This document shows, in pieces, positions 13,788 through 23,995 of a stretch of 64,000 bases of DNA. The position numbers were made by a program, and so were the translations under genes. The stretch comes from Lama glama (lineage: Eukaryota), in contig CM052816.1 in the NCBI GenBank assembly GCA_028534125.1, positions 36,086,001-36,150,000 of the forward strand, given 5' to 3'. Position 1 is the first letter of the stretch, and the number at the start of each line of letters is the position of its first letter. The notes beneath the pieces were generated by a model, which saw only the letters and a list, made by a program, of their open reading frames with translations, was not told the DNA's origin and ran no database searches.

Positions 13788-16000
13788 ATCATGCCTTAAC
13801 AGATATCAAAGTACAAGGGACGTAGCTTTCCTCAATAAACAGTAGAAACAAGTTTGTTGTCACTGAGCTTTAAAAAGCAAGTAAAAGTTTGTCCACACTT
13901 CAGATAAATGTGCACAAAGACATGATAATACCTTGTTTGTTTATTCCTAGAGATCAGTGAAAAGAAACTTGTCCTCAGCCATTTGTTTGAGGTTGCTAAG
14001 AAAAAGTAATTGATCTATGAGGCTCAGCTGCTGGGATTTCAATAATATTTAAGTTAGCGTTTGCAATGAGAACTTTGCCTAAGGGCAGAGAGATGGGGGG
14101 GCGATGGGCCGAGGGTGTGGGTACCTCCTAATTTCTCTTCTGTCTGAGGCTGCACAGCTGGAACTCATTTTACTTCTCTCACCCTGAACTTTAGTCTAAT
14201 TTTTCGTCCCTGTGAAGTTCCCTGGTGTTGAAACCAAGTTTTAGTTTACAGAGTGCACACTACCCTTATTTTATTGTTGGAAACACCCCTCTTCCTTTTT
14301 CTAGATTTTTTTTTTTTTTAGAAACACCCCCAGAGCCATATCAAAGTATCTGATATTTACATGATACTTTAAATTTCTCCAAGGCTTCCACCTTTAGTTA
14401 GTAACCTTGTTTCCAAGTTTTACATCTGGGACTTTGACCTTAACCTGCCAGGGAGTTAAGTCTTGAGACACCGTGGGCTGCGGGGGAGGTGAATCGCGTG
14501 GGCAAACGTAGCGTAGCCAGCTGCTGAGGTCGCTCTTAGGACGCAAGCGTGATACACCCGGGGCCAAGAGCAGGTTATGAAAACATGTGACTTTTAGATC
14601 TCAAAAGGCAGACTGGTGAGATGTATTCCATCATAACTGGTGATTTCATTCTTAATAAGAAAATCAGGTATTGTGCTGCTTAAAAAAAAAAAGTCAGATA
14701 GCCAGCTGCAAATTGTTGCCTGGGTCTTCTTTCAAGAGGCCTAACTTTTGTTTTAAGATGTTTTTGAGGATCTGGTACCCATTTTCCAAGAAGTCCATAT
14801 GGCTCTAGTTAATGTCTATTCTATTCCCACAGCCTCTTCTGTTCCCCACCCTCCACCCACGTACACAAAATGGATTCTGTTGATTCATTAAATTCTAGAA
14901 GACATTTTCAGTAGTACCACTTATTTAAAGGGGCTTTACTTTTTCTGTATTTATTGTGAAAAGAATATTGCTTAATTCTGCCATTACCTGTCTCATTTAC
15001 ATATACCTGTGTTGTACATTAAACCACAGGAATATCTACACGAGGAAAAACTGGGCTCTGGTAACAACTAATAACCTATCTTTTTTTTTTTTTTGACTTG
15101 CACAACGTGAGAAACATTGCCCATGGCAAACATAAAGGAAAACTGCATTAATGCCCCCACACGTGCTCATTTCTTTAGAAAGACGAAAGCAGCCGATTTT
15201 TAAAAACAAAATTTCCCAGAGTACCCAGAATGACAAGGGACACAGAAAAGGAGAAGGATTTGGCTAAAGATTTGAGGATGGATAAGGTTAGGCAGAGAGA
15301 TGATACAGTGGACCAATGAGTACAGTATTGGGCCTGAAAATGGGAAGAAAATATGATACAAGAGTCTCACCCCTCTCCTGGTATACTTTCAATTAGTCAT
15401 GAAGAACATTTGTTATCTTGATTACATCTGAGTTGGTTAAAATCTCATAACATGTATATTTAATTTGATAGCCTATGTAAAATAATTAAGTTTTTTGATA
15501 CAAAGAGAAATTTTAACTTACTATTCAAGTTCTTTTATTTCTGGTGTCTTCAAGCTCACCTTTATATTCTACTTCTCATATATGAGGAAAGGTCTTCTCT
15601 CATATGACTAAGTTTACGTTTTGGATCACATCTCATCTGGGCCCACCCAGCAGCGTGGAGTTAAAGTGAGCCTAATTACAAGCAGCAGCCCAGGACCGCT
15701 ACACGAGCAAAAACAAACTCAGCGGCGTGGGGAGGAAAATGAAAAACAGTTTTTAAACTCTGGCGTGAAAATAAATAGATGCGTCTCGTAGTGTTTCCTT
15801 AACAGCGGCTTATGATTACCTCTCTTCAGGGCCTATTTTAAGTGGCCGTGTAACAGGAGCTTAAAAAGTAAACTCAGTTATTTAGTCAGGAAGGGGCTGC
15901 TGTGTGGGACCCCGGGTGCACCAGTGCCTCAGTCCCTGGTCCTCGGTCTCAGGTCGGCTGGGGGGAAGCCTCTGACTGCACGGTTGTTTGTACGTAGCAC

Positions 16001-16879
16001 TGTGACAGTTAGCTCTTGAGTAAACCAACCATCCCCAAATTGGTGGCTAAGACAGCATTTATTATTTCACAGTCTCTGTGGGTCAGGAATCCACGGGCAG
16101 CTTAGGTGGGTCTCTCTGGGCCTGGGGGTCTCCCAAGGCGATAGTCATCTCAAGGCTCAGCTGGGAAGGATTCAATTTCCAGCTCACTCACATGACTGTC
16201 AGCCAGACTCAGTTCCTTGCGGGTTGTTGCACTGAAGTGTTAGTTCCTTGCACGTGCTTGGCGCGAAGTCTCCTTCTGTTCCTTCTCATGTGGGCTTTTC
16301 CATTGAGAATCTCATGATATGGCACCGTGCTTCAGAAGCGAGAGAGAGACAGCAAGAGCAAAAGTGCTAAGGAGAAGGAATATGAAAAGGAATACACACA
16401 CACACACACAGCTGGATCACTGTGCTGTGCACCAGAAATTAACACAACATTGTAAATCAACTATACTTTAATAAAAAATAAGTAATAAAACAACTGTTAA
16501 AAAAATCCTGTGACTAAGTAGGATTAAACTCAGGATAGAAGAAAGCTTAACAAAGAAAGAACATATGTAATAGATGCAGAAGAAACTTTTACAAAATTAA
16601 CAGCAATTTATGATGAAAAATTGATGGTGACTTAAGGATTAAAAAATAATTTCTTCATCTAACAAAAAGCCTTGCCAATAACCCACTGTATACACAGGTT
16701 AAAAAGAAAGGCGTGTTAAGGAGAAGGAAGTCACAGTCTGTCTTTTACAGCATCATTGCTGTATTCTGCTCATTAGAAGCAAGAAACTAGGTCCAGAACA
16801 CTCTCAAGCGGAGGGGAATACGCAAAGCGTGCACGTGAGGTGAGGATTGTTGACGCTAGGTCAGAAGCTGCCTGCCACA
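16001..16879 (-). mobile_element. MaLR LTR (MLT1E/F-like), split by an L1-derived insertion at 16381-16712
   Basis: TG...CA ends. The minus strand starts tgtggcaggcagcttctg. Motifs include cagcatttattatttcacagtctctgtgggtcaggaatcc and tattctgctcattagaagcaag. Confidence 0.75.
16381..16712 (+). mobile_element. Severely 5'-truncated L1 3' end (16381-16480) plus ~230 nt of extra sequence, inside a 17-bp TSD
   Basis: L1 terminus gatcactgtgctgtgcaccagaaattaacacaacattgtaaatcaactatac-AATAAA. Flanks are gtgctaaggagaaggaa (16364-16380) and gtgttaaggagaaggaa (16713-16729). Confidence 0.8.
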
Positions 16880-17451
16880 CGCAGGATGCCATGTCCAAAT
16901 GATGGGCCCACAGTGAATTTTGATGTGACTACTGCAAATACTTGCAAAATTTACAGCCTTTCGAAGTGCTGATTTGGGGGCCTTTCTGTATCAAATCAGC
17001 ACATAAGTGCTGAGCCGTGCTCACCTGAGCCCCAGGAGACCAAGGAAACAGCTTTTCAGGAATGGGTGAAGTGGTGCCCCTGTCTGAGGTCATGGAACAG
17101 AGTGAAGATCAGCAACCCTTTATTCACATGATACTCTAAACACAGAGAACCAGAGGGCCCCTAGATTGTATTTCATTATGTGTTGTAAGGTTGTGATTGG
17201 TACTTTGCAGGTCGTTAGGGGGAAGAGGCCCTACGGATTGATTTATAAAATTGCTATTAAGATCACGATGTTGGAGTGCGCTTGTTTTACTGGTCCCCAT
17301 ACCCCTACTCCCAGCTTCCTGAGTCCAAAAGTACATTTTCAGCAGTAAACTGAGTAAAGGGATGTGAATTTGGATTACATGACAAATGTTTAAGACATGA
17401 GTTAAATTTCTCATTTTAATCTGACAAATTCTATTAGAAAATTCATCTATC

Positions 17452-18185
17452 TTTTTTTTCATTGAAGTATAGTTGATTTACAATGTTGTGTTAATTTTCT
17501 GGTGTCCAGAAAAGTGAGTTGGTTGTACATATATATTCCTTTTCATATTCTTTTCAATTATAGTTTATTATAAGATATTGAACCCAGTTCCCTGTGCTAT
17601 ACAATAGGGCCTTGTTGTTTATTTGTTTTAGACATAATAGTTTGTATCTGTTAATCCCAGACTCCTAATTTATCCCTTCCTCCTCTCCCCTTTGATAACT
17701 ATAGTTTGTTTTCTATGTCTGTGAGTCTTTCTGCTTTGTAAATAAGTTCATTTATACCATCTTTTAGATTCCACATTTAAGTGGTATTTGGTATTTGTCT
17801 TTGACTTACTTCACTTAGTATGATAACTTCTAGGTCCATCCATGTTGTTGCAAATGGCATTATTTCATTCTTTTTTATGGCTGAGTAGTAGTCCATTGCA
17901 CATATATACCACATCTTCTTTATCCAGTCTTCTGTCAGTAGACATTTAGGTTGCTTGCATGTCTTGGCTATTGTAAATGATGCTGCTGTGAACATTGGGG
18001 TGCATGTATCTTTCTGAATTAGAGTTTTCTCCAGATATATGCTCAGGCGTGGGATTGCTGGATCATATGGTAAGTCTCTTTAAAGCTTTTCAGGAATCTC
18101 CATGCTGTTTTCCACAGTGGCTGTGCCAATTTACATTCCCACCAACCACGTAAGAAGGTTCCCTTTTCTCCACACCCTCCCCAGC
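17452..18185 (-). mobile_element. 5'-truncated LINE-1 (ORF2 C-terminus plus 3' UTR), antisense in EFNA5 intron 2
   Basis: T-tract followed by attgaagtatagttgatttacaatgttgtg. ORF 17777..17995 matches the L1 ORF2 C-terminus (WIKKMWYI...[21 protein letters not shown]). Decayed TSD tagaaaat...tcttt at 17435 and 18187. Confidence 0.92.
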
Positions 18186-18499
18186 GTAGAAAATCTGTGT
18201 GTCTTTATAGAAAGAGTTCAGGTCGAGGTTTTTCTTTACCTGTTGCAGGTTAATGTTTCTTTGTGGTGGCTAAAGCTCCAATTTGGGAACTTAGAGGTGA
18301 AATGTTGTTGTCGGTTGGCTTCTGGGGGACCTGTCAAGCCTGGATAACACCCCCTCTGATAAACACACCCAGGACACCCTCACACGCCCTGACAAAGCTA
18401 TGCTGGGAACTCACACAGACCTCAGCTACCACACAGAGCCCTGCTCGTCCCTAAACTGTGGTTCCTCTGTGTCCCCAGCTGGGATGAGTACAGCACAAG

Positions 18500-18600
18500 G
18501 ACCACACCAGTCTGTCTGATACATCTTTGCATCCGTAGTACCTAACAGGAAAGCTGGTACATAGTAGGAATTTTAAAAGCATTTGTGTGGATGGATAAAG
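18500..18600 (+). mobile_element. Short L2 3'-end fragment
   Basis: catctttgcatccgtagtacctaacagg..gctggtacatagtagg...atttgtgtggatggat. Confidence 0.55.
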
Positions 18601-19059
18601 CTGCTGTAACATATCATACATGGTAGGAGTTCTTTGCTGTCAGCTTTCAAATGTTCACTATTTTCTAAGGAAAGCAGCATAAGAATTTATAAATTTTGTC
18701 TTAACTAAGAGTGTTGCTTGTTGTAAAATGGTGTGTCTCTAGAATCACAGGGATTAATATTACCTACCTACCTCCTGACAGAAGCCAGGCACGTTTTAAG
18801 TTTCTACACCCCCACTCACGTCCATCTTCAGTCTTGCTCATAATTTGATCCTGAGAGAATTTTCTTTATACATTTACTTGTGTAAATATCACATTTTTCA
18901 ATTCCTCTGTTGTTTGTGTTTGTAATGCTCAAGCCTCTGCTTTTTTTGTTTCTGTGTGACTAGTAAGGCACTTTCATGTTCCCTTGTATCTTCGAATATT
19001 ACTAATAATAGCTCAGGGGTGTGGGGTTAAGAAACCTGGAACATAACATGGGATAGAGC

Positions 19060-19618
19060 TGCTACCCCAAAAGGGGAAGGGAAAAGACCCCAGTTCTTGT
19101 TGTAGCCGAAAGATAAGAATCCAAACGGGAGACGGAAGCATTGTTCAGCGAAAGATTTTAAAGGTTTTATTTAGCAAAGGGCGAGTACACCTCCAAGAAC
19201 GGGAGGCAGGCTGATCCAAGGGCAGAAGGCAGTGGGCTTTGTTTGTTCCCTTCTGTTGTACCTTCGCTTAGAGGTGGTCTCTTGATTGACAGCTCTTGCC
19301 CCTGGCGTGCTTGGTCATGCTTGTCCCCTTTTGCTCATGTCCTTACCCATCATGCACACAGAATAACCCACGGTGGGGGGCCTAAGCCACAATGCTAATT
19401 GTATTACAATGAGCATTGGGTCGTGTGCAGTTAGGTCCTTGTCGCTGCTGTGCAGTTGTGGCTGTCAGGTTCTAACTGGTTTCTTGCTGGCACTTGTTTA
19501 GAGGAAGTAAAGCCCCTTTAAGCTGAAAGTGGGCACACCACCATCTTCTGGACTCTGGACCACCCTCCCTCTCCTCCACCTATCTGCCCGGTGCCCCCGC
19601 TTATCTGAATACCTAACA
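19060..19618 (-). mobile_element. Solo LTR of a class I (ERV1-like) endogenous retrovirus, 559 bp
   Basis: TG...CA termini (tgctacccc...acctaaca) with a perfect 4-bp TSD GAGC at 19056-19059 and 19619-19622. Minus-strand AATAAA at 19166-19171. Confidence 0.85.
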
Positions 19619-22050
19619 GAGCCAAACTCTCACTTTTTTAAACCTTGCATGAAAATTGAGTTTTGCTGAAATATGGAAGAAGTTGTTTTGGTGTTATTTT
19701 TGATTTTCAGTGTGGTAGATAAGGAACTCAAGTTACACTGACGTAGCAAGGCACACCCTCTTAGGTGGGGTCTGAGGGTTAAGAGTTTCCGTCCTGAGCT
19801 TAGTCTGGAAGTTGTGGAGTCAACTGACTTAATGTGATCTGCATTGTGTACTCACATTATGTGTTTATTCTTTGCTTCGATTTTTCTGAGGATTAGCATG
19901 TAACAGTCAAACAGCATCATAAGGTACCAGTCACGTTACCCCATCATACAGCTTTTCTGGTGACAGAGAGCAGGTGAGGAAGTAATAGGGAAGTTTGATG
20001 GGGAAGGTAAGTCTTTTATACAACCAGAAGTACATTTTGTATCCTTAATTCACAGAAGCAGGCAGGCCATCCGGTAGCCAGGACTAACTGCCCCTCTGAG
20101 AGCCGGTGTGAGAACCTGGGACTCCTCCTGGGCAGCTTAGCGCTTGCTGCTGTTCAGTTATTCTAGGGCGCTCTGCAGTGATTTCTATGTCTATAATCTA
20201 TAGATTATAGGATTCCTCCTCCACATCAATCTGCAAGAGCTGTGCTAACTCTAAGAAGTACCTTCACTCAAACAATTAAACATCTGATCCTGCCTGGAGC
20301 CTATTACATCTTACAGGAAGGATCATCAAGTAAAATCAGGTATTGCATGTGGCAAATCAAGTTCTCAGGGCTTGTAGTGAGTCCACCCTAGCTCAAAAAT
20401 CCATAGAACAGCGGCGTAAATATCCATGTGTCACTTTTTCACACAACCTCTCATGAATAAGACATGAACTCTCTCAAGAATCCATAGTTTTTCTAATGAA
20501 TTGGAGTCACCTACGTGTACTGTATTTGTGACATGCACATTTGCAGCTGGGGCCACAGGAGGGACACCATTTCCTGGATCAAACCACAGAGTACAAATAT
20601 TGTGCCCTAAATAACACACTAGTTACTGTAAATGTCAGTAAAGGGAGTTTCTCCAACTTTGATTTAATGAAAGCCGACGGCAAAGCCAGCTGTTAGCGCT
20701 TCTTAACTGCTTGTCAGGGAAGGGGAGGATGGGAAGGGCTGAAAACATCTCTTCTGTGTACACTTTGGTCTTAGAATGAAGCACGTTTTCAACAGGTGTT
20801 GAACCGCGACACTAGGGGGTCCTTTCCAGCTTGATGTCTTTTAAGTGGTGACTTTGTAAGTTCTCTTCCAGGACGTGGACCCAGAGGGACAGGAGGAGAT
20901 TTGTGGAAAATTAAGTTTGAAATTTGCATCTTGAACCCTCTCTCCTGCAAAATCAGCATTTTAGTCTTCTGGGCTCCCTATGAGGGACAATAAGAATACA
21001 AGAGAGAGAAGGCACACACCCCCTCGTCACTGAGGGTATTACCAAAGTAATTGTGAGCCATGTGTGTTTTGATTGGTATCATCTGCTTTTTCTGAACAAA
21101 GAAACCGCATGAAGCAGAGGGAGGGGCGTACGCAGCACTCACTGCTGTAATTTTTGTCATTTCTAGAATGCGTTTGTAAACATGTTTGTTAAGGGGTCTT
21201 ACTGCCTTGGAAGTCCCTTGGACATTAGGCTCAGTTTGGAGGGGACAATCTTTCAAACGCAGGGAAGTTTTACAGTCTTATTATCTTGAAGAGGAGAAGA
21301 AAGTTTCTTCCTCAAATGATTTATAACTTGAAACACGTTGTCATGTTTTGGTAAGCCCACTTTATTAATTCCATCCTTCTCTGTGGCAAATTTTTAAAAA
21401 TAAGTGGACCATTGCAACACAGTACTTTCTCAATAGCATATTGTACTTATAATAGCATGATGGAAGCTGCCGGGCTGGGTTTAGTCATATAGAATGTGGA
21501 GCCAAGTTCCGAGTTAAACCTCTAATTGAATTACCTGCAAAACACTGACAGACAGGCTTTCAGGACAGACAGAGCTCTGCTTTCCCCAGCAGAAGTAGGT
21601 CATGTTTAAGTTGGCCTGGCAACTGTCTGTTAGCGGTTCACCTTGGGCTCTGGTGGGCAGCGGGCCCCTGTTCCTGCAGGAGGAGGAGCCGCTGTGTGAA
21701 AGCAGGAGGGTTCAAACATTATCTTCTTATTACAGAGAAAATTGGTAACAGATCCAGTTAAATGGAAGAGCCTTTGAAATAAAAATCCAGAGTATTTTTC
21801 TGTAGATTACCAGCATTCCTGAAGGATTCTTTCTTTCTTGTATCAAAAAGGGAGGTTAGGGGTAGGAAAGGAGCCCTTTCTTTAGCAGTCAGTGTCAACC
21901 TGAAAAGTATTTTTGTTCTGTCTTCTGGGAGGGATTAGAGTGCGTTCCTGTCGGGCATGGAAGAGTTTACTGTAGACGCTCTGCATTGGAAAATGAAGAG
22001 TAACCACTGTCCTTCTCTCCTCTCGTCCTTGCTCTTTGTCTCTTTCACAG

Positions 22051-22116
22051 CCTCTGCAATCCCAGACAATGGAAGACGGTCCTGTCTAAAGCTCAAAGTC
22101 TTTGTGAGACCAACAA
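22051..22116 (+). CDS. EFNA5: Ephrin-A5 coding exon 3 (66 nt, phase 1-1)
   Basis: Acceptor ctctttgtctctttcacag| and donor |gtaagt. Translates (S)[21 protein letters not shown], which I recognise as the end of the ephrin-A5 receptor-binding domain. Confidence 0.97.
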
Positions 22117-22474
22117 GTAAGTTCCGGGGAGTGAGCTGCCCAGTGTGGCTTCACTGCGCATGCTTTATTGTGTGGTCTGGTTCACAGCGGTACAACTTTT
22201 TTTTACTGTAAATCCTGTGTGGTATCTGTTTGGTATATCAACATCCATGTTTTAGTTTTCATCCTGTTTTTTCTCATCATTTTTCATGATGCTTTTATTT
22301 TAAGTACACAGCAGTTGCTAACTTGTTGTTTCTTAGACTGTTGTACGTGCACAGCAAATGGGAACAATACTGGCATTTGGAAACATGCCACTGATTGTAA
22401 AACAGTCTCTACATCAGTAAAAGGAAAAATTAGAGAGAAAGAAAAAGAAAGAAATGGGAGTTGAAGGGTGTCTT

Positions 22475-22481
22475 CACTAAC
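22475..22481 (+). promoter_or_regulatory. Consensus branch point CACTAAC for exon 4, which also matches the QKI ACUAAY motif
   Basis: CACTAAC with the branch A at 22480, 33 nt upstream of the acceptor G at 22513. Confidence 0.7.
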
Positions 22482-22513
22482 CTATTTGGCTGTTATCTCT
22501 ATTTTTGTTATAG

Positions 22514-22594
22514 ATAGCTGTATGAAAACTATAGGTGTTCATGATCGTGTTTTCGATGTTAACGACAAAGTAGAAAATTCATTAGAACCAGCAG
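22514..22594 (+). CDS. EFNA5: Ephrin-A5 coding exon 4 (81 nt, frame-preserving cassette exon)
   Basis: Acceptor ttgttatag| and donor CAG|gttagt. Translates (N)SCMKTIGVHDRVFDVNDKVENSLEPA in frame with exon 3. The 27 codons correspond to the segment missing from the known short ephrin-A5 isoform. Confidence 0.96.
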
Positions 22595-22675
22595 GTTAGT
22601 ATGCTTAGAGAATCTCTTTTAACAAATGCATCTCTCTCTCTGGTGTTTCAGTACCTTTTTTCCTTTCTTCCTCTC

Positions 22676-23358
22676 TGCATGTTTGCATGGTAGACTTGCT
22701 CTGCTTTTGCTCATCGCTAGCAATGCTAATATGACTTATATTCTACCTCATCCCTCCAGTATCTTTGTGTAATGCATGTCAGAAATGATGACTTTTCTTT
22801 TTTGGACATGGGTTTGATATAATGCATCGTCCTAGTCTAGAAGCCCCATCAGAATGCTAAAATCTCACTACTTTTTGCCATATCCTCAGAGCATGCTGGT
22901 GAATCACTGAATGTTAATGAATCTGTTTTCATTGAAGACAGGAAAAAATTTCTACTGTGTGTGCTTATCAAATTTTACTTCTCTAGTACATCGAAATCTA
23001 TCGATAGGTGTAATAGGGGAGGAGGAGGATTATTATTAATGATCCCTTATGCCCAGAACAGATACATCCTCTCCCGATGCTGTATGCAGAGGATTTCTTG
23101 TCCACCCCCACCGCCCGCACCCCCTGCTGCTGCATGTGGTAGAACTGTTACACTCGGACTGCACACATACAATAGATTGCATGTAAACACATATACACAA
23201 AATCCTCTTTATTTTTGATGGAGTTTTTTACTTTTTAAATTAGCCTCATCATGCTCAGTTATTGGCTGGAGTTGCCTGAGAGGAATGTGCCCTTAGCTGA
23301 AAAAATGAAGCGGGTCCTAAATGGAACTAATGACTGGCCATTATTAGCCATCTGCATG
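22676..23358 (+). promoter_or_regulatory. RBFOX (UGCAUG) intronic splicing-enhancer cluster downstream of exon 4
   Basis: TGCATG at 22676, 22684, 22773, 23131, 23178 and 23353, plus GCATG at 22891. Confidence 0.75.
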
Positions 23359-23889
23359 TTTGCAGCTGAACAGCAAGTTCTTTCTTTCAGACTGATCCAA
23401 GTGACATACCTCCATGGTTGTCATACCTTCCACAAACCTTCATTAACCTAGACAACCTTATGTTTGTGCTTGGCTGATGGCAGTGCCCTGCCTCACAGGG
23501 GTAGAGGGTATCGTGACCAGAAGTGACCCCGGCAACCACCTACCAGTCATTTCCAACACACGTTCCTGGTTACCCTGGGTTCTTCCTAAGGGTGTCTGTG
23601 GGAATCAGAAAGGAAGCAGCAGCAGCTCTGGATCTTCCAGCCCTCGCACAGAGCACAGAGCACAGATGAGAGGTGTGGACAGTAAGCGAGCTCTCAGAGG
23701 CCTTAGTGACTCCCAGGGATCAGTCAGCTGCTTTAGAGAGCTACAAGGGCTGAGTGCTGACATGGAGACATTTTAATTGTGTCCTGAAAATCTAGAAGCA
23801 TTACTGTGACTTTTCAAGGTACCAGACGCCTCACAAGCTTAAGGACCTTGGGCCATCGTGGGATCTGTGAGTTAGATGAGCTCTCTTTT

Positions 23890-23995
23890 AAGGACCACAG
23901 AGTCTACACTTTTCCTTTTATAACTGAGACTTGCCCAGGCCATGCAACTAGTTACACACAGATCCAGGTGTAATATTCACCTCTCTCAACTCCCA
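23890..23995 (-). mobile_element. MIR fragment
   Basis: aactgagacttgcccaggccatgcaactagtta...caggtgtaatattcacctctctcaactcc resembles the MIR core in reverse. Confidence 0.5.

Larger units (their letters stand above)
1..22050 (+). other. EFNA5: Distal part of EFNA5 intron 2 (exons 1-2 lie upstream of the window)
   Basis: No ephrin exon-2 coding sequence was found upstream of exon 3. The region is repeat-interspersed non-coding DNA ending at the exon 3 acceptor. Confidence 0.85.

Noticed and set aside
16470..16489. Sense-strand AATAAA pair from the L1 tail as an intronic poly(A) site truncating EFNA5
   Set aside because: There is no GU/U-rich downstream element (the downstream DNA is A-rich) and no nearby terminal-exon acceptor.
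20655..20720. TGATTTAATG plus TGTCA as a PBX-HOX/MEIS module
   Set aside because: The match to TGATNNAT is imperfect, and such short motifs are too common to report without conservation data.
22511..22517. Tandem acceptor TAG-ATAG at exon 4
   Set aside because: Use of the second AG removes 4 nt and frameshifts. The first AG restores the known protein, and nothing indicates regulated use.
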